A stretch of DNA of 64,000 nt. It comes from Pseudomonadota bacterium (GTDB lineage: Bacteria; Pseudomonadota; Gammaproteobacteria; Burkholderiales; Rhodocyclaceae). The notes beneath the pieces were generated by a model. That model was not told the DNA's origin, did no database searches, and worked only from the letters and a program-made list of their open reading frames with translations. The DNA lies in contig JAFEFC010000029.1 in NCBI GenBank assembly GCA_018240785.1, forward strand, positions 3,865 through 67,864, read 5' to 3'. Made by a program: the position numbers and the translations under genes. This document shows positions 1-9,388 of the stretch, piece by piece; positions within the stretch are counted from its first letter, which is position 1; each line of letters starts with the position of its first letter.

Positions 1-74
1 ACGTCTTTACAACAACAGCAGAGACAAGTCTGCCAGATGATGTCAAGTATATGATTATTTTGTATTTTATTTTT

Positions 75-90
75 TGGTACAGAATTTGCT
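75..90 (+). promoter_or_regulatory. candidate sigma-54 (RpoN) -24/-12 promoter for the PEP-CTERM lectin gene
   Basis: The site reads TGGTAC-agaat-TTGCT. GG (76-77) and GC (88-89) are separated by exactly 10 nt, as in the consensus TGGCAC-N5-TTGCW. It lies in the only AT-rich tract of the window (1-110), 39 nt upstream of ATG 129, with a GGAG RBS at 119-122. Confidence 0.45.
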
Positions 91-128
91 TTTCTCAACT
101 CACCTTTCCTTTAGTCCTGGAGTGAGTC

Positions 129-986
129 ATGAAACCCATCAATTTGGCACTCGCCATTGCAGGCGTCGCAGCGGTCGGCTCGGCCAACGCCACGACGATT
201 ACGTACAACGATTTCTCCGACCTGTCCGCCTTCCAGCAAAACGGTTCGACGGCGGCGATTGCCGATCCGACGACCGACAACTTGGGCCGCAACGTGCTTC
301 GCCTGACCAACAACCTGGGGCAGTCAGGCAGCGCCTTCCTGAAGAATGCGATCGACCTCGCAAACCAGGCCTCGTTCAGCACCTACTTCTCGTTCCGCAT
401 CTCGAATCCGCTGGGAGCCTCGGATGGTGACGGGCAGGGCGCGGACGGCATCGTCTTCGTCGTGCAGACCGTTTCCAACACCGCCGGTGGCGGCGGCGGC
501 GGCATCGGTTATCTGGGAATCACGAAGAGCGTCGGCGTCGAATTCGACACCTGGAACAACGGCAGCGGTTCGAACGACCCCGACGGCAACCACATCGGCA
601 TCGATCTGGGTGGCGCATTCAACGGCCCGACGGCGTCGATCGCCACACGGATGAACAACGGCGCCGACTGGTTCGCGTGGGTCGACTACAACGGCGCCAC
701 CAAGGACATCGAGGTCCGCCTGTCGCAAACCAACACCCGCCCGACTGCGGCAACGCTGACCCGCAACGCCGATCTCGTCGCGGCCCTCGGCCAGACTAAC
801 GCCTTCATCGGTTTCACCTCAGGAACCGGCGCGGCGGGCGGCTACCACGACATCGTGAGCTGGCAGTTCGAAGACGATTTCCGCCCGATCGACCCGAACA
901 ACAACGTCCCCGAACCTGGCGTTCTCAGCCTGCTGGGCATCGGCGCGGTGGGCCTGATGGCCAGCCGCCGGCGTCGCACCAACTGA
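129..986 (+). CDS. PEP-CTERM-anchored L-type (legume-like) lectin domain protein
   Basis: Signal peptide MKPINLALAIAGVAAVGSANA. Lectin-like blocks GADGIVFVVQ and VGVEFDTWNN..DPDGNHIGIDL. The C-terminal VPEPGVLSLLGIGAVGLMASRRRR gives a PEP motif, a TM helix and an Arg cluster. Confidence 0.85.
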   Translation: MKPINLALAIAGVAAVGSANATTITYNDFSDLSAFQQNGSTAAIADPTTDNLGRNVLRLTNNLGQSGSAFLKNAIDLANQASFSTYFSFRISNPLGASDGDGQGADGIVFVVQTVSNTAGGGGGGIGYLGITKSVGVEFDTWNNGSGSNDPDGNHIGIDLGGAFNGPTASIATRMNNGADWFAWVDYNGATKDIEVRLSQTNTRPTAATLTRNADLVAALGQTNAFIGFTSGTGAAGGYHDIVSWQFEDDFRPIDPNNNVPEPGVLSLLGIGAVGLMASRRRRTN

Positions 987-1078
987 GCGCAATAATCATG
1001 CTGGCCGTGATGATGTCGGTCGCGGCCAGTCGGATCAGCGACGCTCAGCGGGATTGGCTCTCTTGATTACTTGCCGCG

Positions 1079-2155
1079 TCACTCCAGCACCCTGGCCTCT
1101 ATGCCCGCGCTGAACTGCAGCCTCGCGCGCAGCGCCTGCGTCACTTCCACACGGCCGTCCTCGGCCACGCGCAGTGCATGCTCGACGTTGAAGCGGCGCG
1201 TCATCGGCCGCCAGGCGTCGCCGGCGATGAAGGCCGGCTTGCTGGCGGCATCCGACAGCGTGCCGACCGACTCCTGCGCCATGGCGCCGGTGATGCTGGC
1301 GGGCGTGACCAGCACGGTGAGCGAGTGCGTGCCGCGCGCCGGTTCGCCGGTGCGCGGATCGAGCAGGTGGGAGTAGCGCCGGCCGTCCAGCTCGAAGAAG
1401 CGCTGGTAGTCGCCCGAGGTGCCGATCGCCTCGCCGTCGTACAGCGGCAGGGTGGCGATGGGCGGCTGGCCGGGGCGCGGGTCCTGGATGCCGATGCGCC
1501 AGGGCTGGCCGCCCTTGGTGCCGAGCGCCATCAGGTTGCCGCTGATGTTGATCAGCGCGTTGGCCACGCCCTGCGCGCGCAGGATGCTCGCCGCGCGGTC
1601 GAGCGCATAGCCTTTCGCGTAGCCGCCGAGGTCGAGCTGCACCGCCGGGTTGCGGCTGGAGACGCGATTGCCGTCGATGACCAGATCCGACATGCGCGGC
1701 CTGGCGGCGATCAGCGCCTGCACCCTGGCCGCATCGGGCAGGCGCGGCACGAAAGTGTCGGTATGGAAACCCCACAGCTCGATCAGCTTGCCCAGCGCCG
1801 GGTCGAACAGTTCGTCGCCGGTCGCGGCGATGCGCTGGGCGTCGCGCAGCATCGCGGCGAGCTCGTCGGACACGGTCGCCGTCTCGCCGCGGGCGATGGC
1901 TTCGTTCAGCGCGGTGAGTTCGGACGGCTCCCAGGCGTGGTAGGCGCGATGCAGGCGGTCGAACTCGCGCAGCACCGCGCCGATGGCGGCATCGGCCTGC
2001 GCTGCATCCTCGCCGTACACCGCGACCGACACCTGGGTGCCGAAGACGTAGGACTCGCGATGGAAGACCTGCGGCCGCGAACAGCCCGCCAGCAGCATCG
2101 CGAGGCAGAGCAGCAGGAGGCCGGCGACCCGGCCGGCGGCGCTCGCCCCCCTCAT
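1079..2155 (-). CDS. apbE: FAD:protein FMN transferase (ApbE family lipoprotein)
   Basis: The protein starts MRGASAAGRVAGLLLLCLAMLLAGCS (lipobox LAGC). ApbE-like blocks are GGYAKGYALDRA and GTSGDYQRFF..RYSHLLDPRTG. The ATG (2153-2155, minus strand) overlaps the gshB stop as ATGA. The 640-aa ORF-track version is a spurious Arg/Pro-rich extension running over gshB in another frame. Confidence 0.85.
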   Translation of the reverse strand: MRGASAAGRVAGLLLLCLAMLLAGCSRPQVFHRESYVFGTQVSVAVYGEDAAQADAAIGAVLREFDRLHRAYHAWEPSELTALNEAIARGETATVSDELAAMLRDAQRIAATGDELFDPALGKLIELWGFHTDTFVPRLPDAARVQALIAARPRMSDLVIDGNRVSSRNPAVQLDLGGYAKGYALDRAASILRAQGVANALINISGNLMALGTKGGQPWRIGIQDPRPGQPPIATLPLYDGEAIGTSGDYQRFFELDGRRYSHLLDPRTGEPARGTHSLTVLVTPASITGAMAQESVGTLSDAASKPAFIAGDAWRPMTRRFNVEHALRVAEDGRVEVTQALRARLQFSAGIEARVLE

Positions 2156-3114
2156 CAGAGGCCGCAGGCCTGTTCCAGCTTGGTGATCACCAGCCCGGCG
2201 ACGTCGAAGCCCTGCTGCTGGGCAATCTCGACCATGCAGGTGGGGCTGGTGACGTTGATCTCGGTGAGGTGGCCGCCGATCACGTCCAGGCCGACGATGA
2301 GCAGGCCGCGCGCCCACAGGATGGGGGCGAGGTGTTCGGCGATCTCGCGCTCGCGCGCGGTGAGCGGCATCGCCACGCCGCGGCCGCCGGCGGCGAGGTT
2401 GCCGCGCGTCTCGCCGGCCTGCGGAATGCGCGCCAGCGAGAACGGTACGACCTCGCCGCCGATGATCAGCACGCGCTTGTCGCCCTCGGCAATCTGCGGC
2501 AGGTAGCGCTGCGCCATGATGGTGCGGGCGCCCTCCTGCGTCAGCGTCTCGATGATGACGTTGCGGTTGGGATCGTCGCGGCGCACGCGGAAGATCTGGC
2601 TGCCGCCCATGCCGTCGAGCGGCTTCAGGATGACGTCGCCGAGCTCGTCGATGAAGGCCTGGATGTCCACCGCGTCGCGCGCCACCAGCGAGGTGGCCAT
2701 GAACTGCGGGAACTCGGTGATGGCGAGCTTCTCGGAATGGTCGCGGATGGCACGCGGGTTGTTGAACACCCTGGCGCCGGCCTGCATCGCGTCTTCCAGC
2801 AGCCAGGTGGCGGTGACGTATTCGAAGTCGAAGGGCGGGTCCTGGCGCATCATCACCGCGTCGAAATCGGCCAGCGACATCGGCCGCTCGTCGCCCGCCG
2901 TCTCGTACCAGCGTTCGTCGTCCGCGAGCGGCCGGATCGGCAGCGCGCGCGCCACCACCGCACCGTCGCGCCAGGTCAGCGCGCCGCGCTGGATCGCCCA
3001 CACCGCGTGGCCGCGCGCAGCGGCGGCACGCATCATGGCGATGCTCGAATCCTTGTAGGCCTTCAGCGCGTCGAGCGGATCGAGGATGAAGGCGAGCTTG
3101 AGGGAACGGGTCAT
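2155..3114 (-). CDS. gshB: glutathione synthetase
   Basis: 319 aa. Has the typical prokaryotic GshB N-terminus MTRSLKLAFILDPLDALKAYKDSSIAMM and an ATP-grasp C-terminal half (GGSQIFRV, RVLIIGGE, VGLDVIG..LTEINVTSP). Confidence 0.9.
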   Translation of the reverse strand: MTRSLKLAFILDPLDALKAYKDSSIAMMRAAAARGHAVWAIQRGALTWRDGAVVARALPIRPLADDERWYETAGDERPMSLADFDAVMMRQDPPFDFEYVTATWLLEDAMQAGARVFNNPRAIRDHSEKLAITEFPQFMATSLVARDAVDIQAFIDELGDVILKPLDGMGGSQIFRVRRDDPNRNVIIETLTQEGARTIMAQRYLPQIAEGDKRVLIIGGEVVPFSLARIPQAGETRGNLAAGGRGVAMPLTAREREIAEHLAPILWARGLLIVGLDVIGGHLTEINVTSPTCMVEIAQQQGFDVAGLVITKLEQACGL

Positions 3115-3203
3115 GGTCGTCGCGGCAATGGATCAGGAAGGTTCACCGTAGGAGCGCGACCAAGCGCTGCTGCTCGCGGTCAAGCCCGCTCCTACAAGGC
3201 GGT

Positions 3204-4493
3204 TCAGGCGAGCGCTTCGGCGGGTGCGGTTTCCTCGATCTCGACCGAGGCGGCAAGCAGCGCGAGGCGGGCGACCACGCCATACGCATAGAATCTGTTC
3301 GGTGCCGCATCCGGCCCCTGCGCGCTGTCGGGCAGGGTGCAGCAGGCATCGAACGCGAGCGGCTTGAAGTGCATGCCGGGCGCGTTGAGGTTCTCGTCGC
3401 GGCCGCGCTCGGTGTGCACGCGGTAGAAGCCGCCCACCACGTAGTGGTCCATCATGTAGACGACGGGCTCGGCGACGCCGTCCTCCACCGTCTCGAAGGT
3501 ATGCACGCCTTCCTGGATGATGACTTCCTGCACCTGCAGGCCTTCCTTCACCACCGCCATCTTGTTGCGCTGGCGGCGGTTGAGGCCGACCACTTCGGAA
3601 GCGTCCTTCACCGTCATCACGCCCATGCCGTAGGTGCCGGCATCCGCCTTCACCACCACGAAGGGTGTGTCGGTGACGCCATATTCGGCGTACTTGGCGC
3701 GGATGCGGGTGAGCAGCTTATCGACTTCGGCCGCCAGGGCTTCCTCGCCGGTGCGCTCCTGGAAGTTGATCTGCTTGCACACGCCGAACTCGGGGTTGAT
3801 GCGCCACGGGTCGATGCCGATCGCCGCAGCGAAGTCGCGCACCACGCGGTCGTAGCACTCGGCGTGCTTCGACTTGCGCCGCGAATGCCAGCCGGCGTGC
3901 AGCGGCGGGATCAGCCATTGCTCGTCCAGGCCCTGCAGCAACGGCGGAATGCCGCCCGACAGGTCGTTGTTAAGCAGCACCGCGCAGGGGTCGAAGCCTT
4001 CCAGGCCGAGGCGGCTGCCGCTGCGCTTGAGTGGCTCCAGCGTCAGCGTGGCGCCATTGGCCAGCTCGAGCACGGTGGGCTCGACGATGTCGGGCAGCAG
4101 GCTGCCGATGCGCACGTCGAGCCCGGTCAGCCGCAGGATGGACACCAACTTGGCGACGTTCTGCAGGTAGAACTGGTTGCGGGTGTGGTTCTCCGGCACC
4201 AGCAGCAGCTTGCTGGCGTCGGGGCAGATGCGCTCGATCGCCGCCTGCGCCGCCTGCACGCAGAGCGGCATGAAGGCGTCGTTGAGATTGTTGAAGCCAC
4301 CCGGGAACAGGTTCAGGTCGACCGGCGCGAGCTTGAAGCCGGAGTTGCGCAGGTCGGTGGAACCATAGAACGGCGGCGTGTGGTCCTGCCATTGCGTGCG
4401 GAACCACTTTTCGATGTCCGAGGCATTGTCGAGAAACTGCTTTTCCAGCTCCAGCAGCGGGCCGGTGAGCGCGGTGGTGAGGTGAGGGACCAT
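3204..4493 (-). CDS. gshA: glutamate--cysteine ligase (proteobacterial ~430-aa type)
   Basis: The N-terminus MVPHLTTALTGPLLELEKQFLDNASDIEKWFRTQW..DLRNSGFKLAPVDLNLFPGGFNNL matches the betaproteobacterial GshA family as I recall it. ATG chosen at 4491-4493; the alternative ATG at 4538 would add 15 aa. Confidence 0.8.
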   Translation of the reverse strand: MVPHLTTALTGPLLELEKQFLDNASDIEKWFRTQWQDHTPPFYGSTDLRNSGFKLAPVDLNLFPGGFNNLNDAFMPLCVQAAQAAIERICPDASKLLLVPENHTRNQFYLQNVAKLVSILRLTGLDVRIGSLLPDIVEPTVLELANGATLTLEPLKRSGSRLGLEGFDPCAVLLNNDLSGGIPPLLQGLDEQWLIPPLHAGWHSRRKSKHAECYDRVVRDFAAAIGIDPWRINPEFGVCKQINFQERTGEEALAAEVDKLLTRIRAKYAEYGVTDTPFVVVKADAGTYGMGVMTVKDASEVVGLNRRQRNKMAVVKEGLQVQEVIIQEGVHTFETVEDGVAEPVVYMMDHYVVGGFYRVHTERGRDENLNAPGMHFKPLAFDACCTLPDSAQGPDAAPNRFYAYGVVARLALLAASVEIEETAPAEALA

Positions 4494-4738
4494 GTCTTTT
4501 CCCGGGGAAACGCCACCACCGCGAAGCGGCGACGGCAAGAAGGATTGGTTGGAATATTACACCAAAGGCCTGTTGCGCCTTCGCGTCTGCGGGCGCGCTG
4601 CGCAGCGAGGAGCGGCCGGGTGCGCTGCCCGGCGCGCCGCAGCGGGCGCGGGACGGAGGGATCCGCTGCGCAGGGACGCGCCGCGCCCGATGCAGGGCGT
4701 GACGCGACGGATGAATCGCGGCGCCTGTTGCCGCCCCG

Positions 4739-5557
4739 TCAATGACCGTCGTCGATCGGGCCGTGGCCCGGGCGGAAACGGTTCTTCCATTCGCGCATCA
4801 GCGTGAAGGCGGCGAGGCGATCCGGAATGGGCCGAGCTAACGCATCGGCGAGCGTGCGCCGCAGTGCCGCAACATCGGCGCGCAGGAAAGGATTCAGCGC
4901 CCGTTCCTGCCCGACGGTCGTGGGCAGCGTCGGCTCCCCGCGCGCTCGCGCTGCGCTGGCCGTTTCGCGCCAGGTCTTGAGCCCGGGGTTGTCGGGTTCG
5001 CAGGCTAGGGCGAACTCGATGTTGGAGAGCGTGTATTCGTGCGCGCAGCAGACGCGGGTGGCCGGATCGAGCGCTGCGAGCCGGTCCAGCGAATCGAGCA
5101 TCTGCGCAGGCGTTCCTTCGAACAGGCGGCCGCATCCGGACGCGAAGAGGGTGTCACCGCAGAACAGGAACGGCGCGGCGCCCTCCTGCGTATCGAGCAC
5201 GTAGGCGATGTGTCCCAGCGTATGCCCGGGTACGCCGATGACCTGGAACGGCAGGCCCAGCGCGGGCAGCTGCGCTGAGTCGCCGTCGCGCAGCCGCACC
5301 GTGACAGCGGGAATGTCTTCCCCGGCGGGACCGTACACCGGAATGCGGCGCGTCGCGAGCAGGGCATTCACCCCGCCCACATGATCGTCGTGGTGGTGCG
5401 TGACCAGGATGGCCTGCAGGTTGACGGCGTTGGCGCGCAGATAGGCTTCGACCGGTGCCGCATCGCCCGGATCGACGACAACGACGTCCCCGCCCTTGCG
5501 GATCACCCAGATGTAGTTGTCGTCGAAGGCAGCGAGGGGAATGACTTCGGTCTGCAT
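4739..5557 (-). CDS. gloB: hydroxyacylglutathione hydrolase (glyoxalase II)
   Basis: Metallo-beta-lactamase motif VTHHHDDHVGG, preceded by DDNYIWVI and followed by VPGHTLGHIAY. Confidence 0.9.
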   Translation of the reverse strand: MQTEVIPLAAFDDNYIWVIRKGGDVVVVDPGDAAPVEAYLRANAVNLQAILVTHHHDDHVGGVNALLATRRIPVYGPAGEDIPAVTVRLRDGDSAQLPALGLPFQVIGVPGHTLGHIAYVLDTQEGAAPFLFCGDTLFASGCGRLFEGTPAQMLDSLDRLAALDPATRVCCAHEYTLSNIEFALACEPDNPGLKTWRETASAARARGEPTLPTTVGQERALNPFLRADVAALRRTLADALARPIPDRLAAFTLMREWKNRFRPGHGPIDDGH

Positions 5558-5654
5558 GGCGGTGGACGATCGAAGATGGGTTTACGGCAGGCCCCCGCGT
5601 GCCGCGCGCCCGCAGCGGATGCCGCTGGAGCGCGCAGCTGCGAGGGACGCGGCT

Positions 5655-6050
5655 TCAGCGGTAGTGGCCGTGCTGCTCGAGCACTTCGATCTTGTAGCCG
5701 TCCGGATCCTGGATGAAGAAGAAGCGCGCCAGCAACTCGTCGCCACGCTTGAATTCCTTGACCGGCGCCGGCTCGTAGCCCTTCTTCAGCAGCTCGGCAT
5801 GGAAGGCGGGGACATCGGGCGCGACGATGGCGATGTGACCATAGCCGGTGCCGTGCGTGTAGGGCTCCTCGCGGCCCTTGTTCAGCGTCAGTTCGATCTC
5901 GAAACCGCTTTCGGGGCAGCGCAGGTAGACGAGCGTGAAATCGGGGAAATCGAGGCGGTGCGACTCGCGCAGGCCCAGCACGCCACCGTAGAAGCGCATC
6001 GATTTGTCGAGGTCCAGCACGCGGATCATGCTGTGGATGATTTTGGCCAT
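5655..6050 (-). CDS. gloA: lactoylglutathione lyase / VOC family (glyoxalase I)
   Basis: 131 aa. HSMIRVLDLDKSMRFY..GYGHIAI..FIQDPDGYKIEVLE is a typical glyoxalase I fold signature. Confidence 0.8.
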   Translation of the reverse strand: MAKIIHSMIRVLDLDKSMRFYGGVLGLRESHRLDFPDFTLVYLRCPESGFEIELTLNKGREEPYTHGTGYGHIAIVAPDVPAFHAELLKKGYEPAPVKEFKRGDELLARFFFIQDPDGYKIEVLEQHGHYR

Positions 6051-6112
6051 GGAAACTCCGGGATGTAGGGGCGGATGGGGTATTGCGGGCAGCGCCGTGT
6101 GGCGGAACAGGT

Positions 6113-6463
6113 TCAGGACCTGCCCCCGACCGAGACGATGCGCGGAGGACGGGCCTCGGCCGCCGGCGGCTGCACGTTTGGGAGCGAACGCTCGGCCGCG
6201 ATGAGCTTGCGCCGCAGGTAGCGCATGCTCGTCACGCGCAGGAAGGACGCGAAGTTGGGCACCTCACCCCGGTGCGCGAGGATCTCGTCGTGAAACTTGC
6301 CGATGAGGTGGTTGGTGGTGCAATCCTCCTCTTCGGCCATTTCGGCGAGGATGTCCCACACCATGTTTTCCAGCCGGATGCTGGTCAGCGCGCCGCGGAT
6401 GCGCACGGTGCGGGTGCGCTGCTCGTACTGGATCGGATCGGCCTTGACGAAGTATTCGCACAT
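6113..6463 (-). CDS. ribbon-helix-helix domain-containing protein (RHH_4-like)
   Basis: RTVRIRGALTSIRLENMVWDILAEMAEEEDCTTNHLI matches the R.vri.G..TS.rLE..fW..L pattern of small RHH proteins. Confidence 0.6.
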   Translation of the reverse strand: MCEYFVKADPIQYEQRTRTVRIRGALTSIRLENMVWDILAEMAEEEDCTTNHLIGKFHDEILAHRGEVPNFASFLRVTSMRYLRRKLIAAERSLPNVQPPAAEARPPRIVSVGGRS

Positions 6464-6951
6464 GGTGGAGTCCTGCGGGAACCGGGCGCCGGGGATCGGG
6501 CGCCACTTCGGGTTATCGGGGAGTTCGACCTGCGGCGGCTGCCGAGCGGTCGACTGCGAACGCTGGAAAGTATTTCACCACCGTCCGGCCCGGGGGTAAT
6601 AGGCCGGTACTTACGACGGCCCCCGCCAGCGCCTCGCGCAGGCCTTGGGGAGGCCCTTGGTAAGACCAATTGATCGTTCAGCAAAAATCTACCGCCACAT
6701 CCCTTGCCCGTCAATCAAGCGGCGACAGGGGCGCGAGGCAGCGCTCGCCCTGCCCCCCCCACAACACCGCGCCTTCTGCGCCTGCGCGCGAAACTCCAGC
6801 CTGGCTGCTAACCTGAAACCTGATGATTCGCCTTGCCGGTGTCGGGCATGGCGAAACCTCGGGTTGTAGGTATGCGCCTATGACCCGCGCGCACAGCGGC
6901 CCCCTTAGAGTGCGCAACACAGGCCTGTCCAATGGCCCAACAAGAAGACCA

Positions 6952-7584
6952 ATGAACCTGCACGGAGACAAAGACGTGAGAACCATTCCGATTTCGCAAG
7001 AGCGTGCGCACGATGCGCCGACGTCCGCCAAAGGCATCTCCCTGACACGGCGCAACCTGCTGAAGGGCACGGGCGTGCTGATGGGCGTGCTGGCTGCGGG
7101 CAGTCCGCTGGCACTGCTGGCGCCCTCGACCGCCTGGGCACTGGAACTGAAGACATTGAGCGCGGCAGAGGGCGACACCCTGCTGCAGATGGGGCGGGTC
7201 CTGTTCCCGCACGACAAGCTGCCCGATGCGGTCTACGCGCTGCTCGCCAAGGACCTCGACGCCGCGGCCGCCGCCGACGCCGCAACGGCGAAGCTGCTGC
7301 GCGACGGCATCGCGTCCCTCGACCACCTCGCGGGTGGCCGCTTCCTGAAAGCCAGCGCCAGCCGCCGGCTGCAGGCGGTGCAGTCGATGGAAGGCCAGGC
7401 CTTCTTCAACCTGGTGCGCGGCAAGTGCGTCACCTCCCTGTACGACAACGAGATGGCCTTCACCGCGTTCGGCTATGAAGGCTCGTCATGGGAAAAGGGC
7501 GGCTACATCACGCGCGGCTTCCAGGACCTGAAGTGGTTGCCCAACCCGCCCGCCTCGGCCAGCCCGCCACCGTACTTCGGCTGA
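6952..7584 (+). CDS. Tat-signal small subunit, gluconate 2-dehydrogenase subunit 3 family
   Basis: Twin-arginine signal SLTRRNLLKGTGVLMGVLAAG..AWA, immediately upstream of a GMC flavoprotein gene. Start moved to ATG 6952; the ORF track starts at 6823. Confidence 0.7.
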   Translation: MNLHGDKDVRTIPISQERAHDAPTSAKGISLTRRNLLKGTGVLMGVLAAGSPLALLAPSTAWALELKTLSAAEGDTLLQMGRVLFPHDKLPDAVYALLAKDLDAAAAADAATAKLLRDGIASLDHLAGGRFLKASASRRLQAVQSMEGQAFFNLVRGKCVTSLYDNEMAFTAFGYEGSSWEKGGYITRGFQDLKWLPNPPASASPPPYFG

Positions 7585-7765
7585 CCAGGGCTCGAGCTTC
7601 TTCCCCGTTCATCGGCCCACTCCGGTGCGCTGGCGACACTGCGGTCGCCGGCTGCCATCGCAGGCCAGCAGCATGCACCTTTCCATTCATCGGCGCCGAT
7701 CCTTCGCTGGACGGCGGCCTTGCGCGCGCTGGCATTGAACCTGCGCCGCAAAGAGGAGACAAGAA

Positions 7766-9334
7766 ATGGCGAAATTCGATTACGCGGATGACTCGGTCGT
7801 CGTCATCATCGGTTCCGGCGCGGGTGGCGGCACGCTGGCCAACGAGCTGTGCCAGAAGGGCATCAAGGTCGTCGTGCTCGAAGCCGGCGGCAAGCAGTCC
7901 AACGCCAGCTTCATCAACGACGAGTGGAAGTCCTTCAGCCAGCTGGCCTGGCTGGACAAGCGCACGACCTCGGGCAGCTGGCGCATCGCCAAGGATTTCG
8001 CCGGGCTGCCGGCATGGATCTGCAAGACCGTGGGCGGCACCACCACGCACTGGGCGGGCGCCTCGCTGCGCTTCCAGGAACACGAATTCCGCGCGCGCAC
8101 GGAATACGGCGACATCAAGGGCGCCAACCTGCTCGACTGGCCCATCACCTACAAGGACCTGGAGCCCTACTACGCCCGCGCCGAGAACAAGATGGGCGTC
8201 ACCCGCACCAACGGCATCCCCGGGCTGCCGGGCAACAACAACTTCAAGGTCATGTACAACGGCGCCACCAAGCTGGGGTACAAGGAAGTGCACACCGGCA
8301 ACATGGCGATCAACAGCCAGCCGCGCGATGGCCGCGCACGCTGCATGCAGCTCGGCTTCTGCTTCCAGGGCTGCAAGAGCGGCGCCAAGTGGTCGACGCT
8401 GTACACCGAGCTGCCGGCCGCCGAAGCGACGGGCAACTTCGAGCTGCGCGTCCAGGCACACGTGACCCGCATCGAGCACGACGCCGCCGGCCGCGTCAAC
8501 GCCGTGGTCTATATGGACGCCGACGGCAAGGAGCAGCGCCAGAAGGCCCGCATCGTCTGCGTCGCCGGCAATGCAATCGAGACACCGCGCCTGCTGCTGC
8601 TGTCGGCGTCGAGCATGTTCAAGGACGGCCTCGCCAATTCGTCGGGCCAGGTGGGACGCAACTACATGCGCCACATGACCGGCTCGGTGTATGCGGCGTT
8701 CAAGCAGCCGGTGCACATGTACCGCGGCACGACGATGGCCGGCATCGTGCGCGACGAGGCGGTGAACGACACCCGCCGCGGCTTCGTCGGCGGCTACGAG
8801 ATGGAGACGCTGTCGCTGGGCCTGCCCTTCATGGGCGCCTTCCTGAATCCGGGCGGCTGGGGCGCCGAATTCGCCTGGTGGATGGAACGCTACGCCAGCC
8901 TGGCCGGCATGTGGCTGGTGGGCGAAGACATGCCGCGCGAGACCAACCGCATCACGCTGAACACCAACGCCAAGGACCAGCACGGCAACTACGTGCCCAA
9001 CGTGCATTTCGACGACCACGACAACGACGTCGCGATGCGCAATCACGCCTTCACCCAGGCCGAGCGCATCTACCAGGCCGCCGGTGCGATCCGCACCTTC
9101 CGCACGCCGCCCTACCCCTCCACCCACAACCTCGGCACCGCGCGCATGAGCGCCCGCGCGCAGGACGGCGTGTGCAACAAGTGGGGCCAGACGCACGACA
9201 TCCCCAACCTGTTCATCAGCGACGGCAGCCAGTTCACCACCGGCGGCTCGGAAAACCCGACGCTGACGATCGTCAGCCTGGCGATCCGCCAGGCCGAGTA
9301 CATCGCGTCGCAGATGACGCAGCGCGCGCTGTGA
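7766..9334 (+). CDS. GMC family FAD-dependent oxidoreductase (large subunit)
   Basis: FAD-binding N-terminus VVVIIGSGAGGGTLANELCQKGIKVVVLEAGG. C-terminal GMC block THNLGTARMS..NLFISDGSQFTT. AGGAGA RBS before the ATG. Confidence 0.85.
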   Translation: MAKFDYADDSVVVIIGSGAGGGTLANELCQKGIKVVVLEAGGKQSNASFINDEWKSFSQLAWLDKRTTSGSWRIAKDFAGLPAWICKTVGGTTTHWAGASLRFQEHEFRARTEYGDIKGANLLDWPITYKDLEPYYARAENKMGVTRTNGIPGLPGNNNFKVMYNGATKLGYKEVHTGNMAINSQPRDGRARCMQLGFCFQGCKSGAKWSTLYTELPAAEATGNFELRVQAHVTRIEHDAAGRVNAVVYMDADGKEQRQKARIVCVAGNAIETPRLLLLSASSMFKDGLANSSGQVGRNYMRHMTGSVYAAFKQPVHMYRGTTMAGIVRDEAVNDTRRGFVGGYEMETLSLGLPFMGAFLNPGGWGAEFAWWMERYASLAGMWLVGEDMPRETNRITLNTNAKDQHGNYVPNVHFDDHDNDVAMRNHAFTQAERIYQAAGAIRTFRTPPYPSTHNLGTARMSARAQDGVCNKWGQTHDIPNLFISDGSQFTTGGSENPTLTIVSLAIRQAEYIASQMTQRAL

Positions 9335-9388
9335 TGCGCCGCCCGCGCCGTGCCCGGCAAGCTTGTCCGGGTGCCGGGCGCGGGCCGC

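Noticed and set aside
2156-3001. N-terminal extension that makes the ApbE ORF 640 aa
   Set aside because: The extension overlaps gshB on the same strand in another frame and is Arg/Pro/Gly/His-rich. A lipoprotein signal peptide begins at the internal ATG, which overlaps the gshB stop.
6464-6951. 488-bp non-coding gap between the RHH gene and the Tat small-subunit gene, as a possible sRNA or riboswitch
   Set aside because: I could not identify a conserved RNA motif, a convincing terminator or a promoter by eye. An Rfam cmscan and RNA-seq would be needed before claiming anything.
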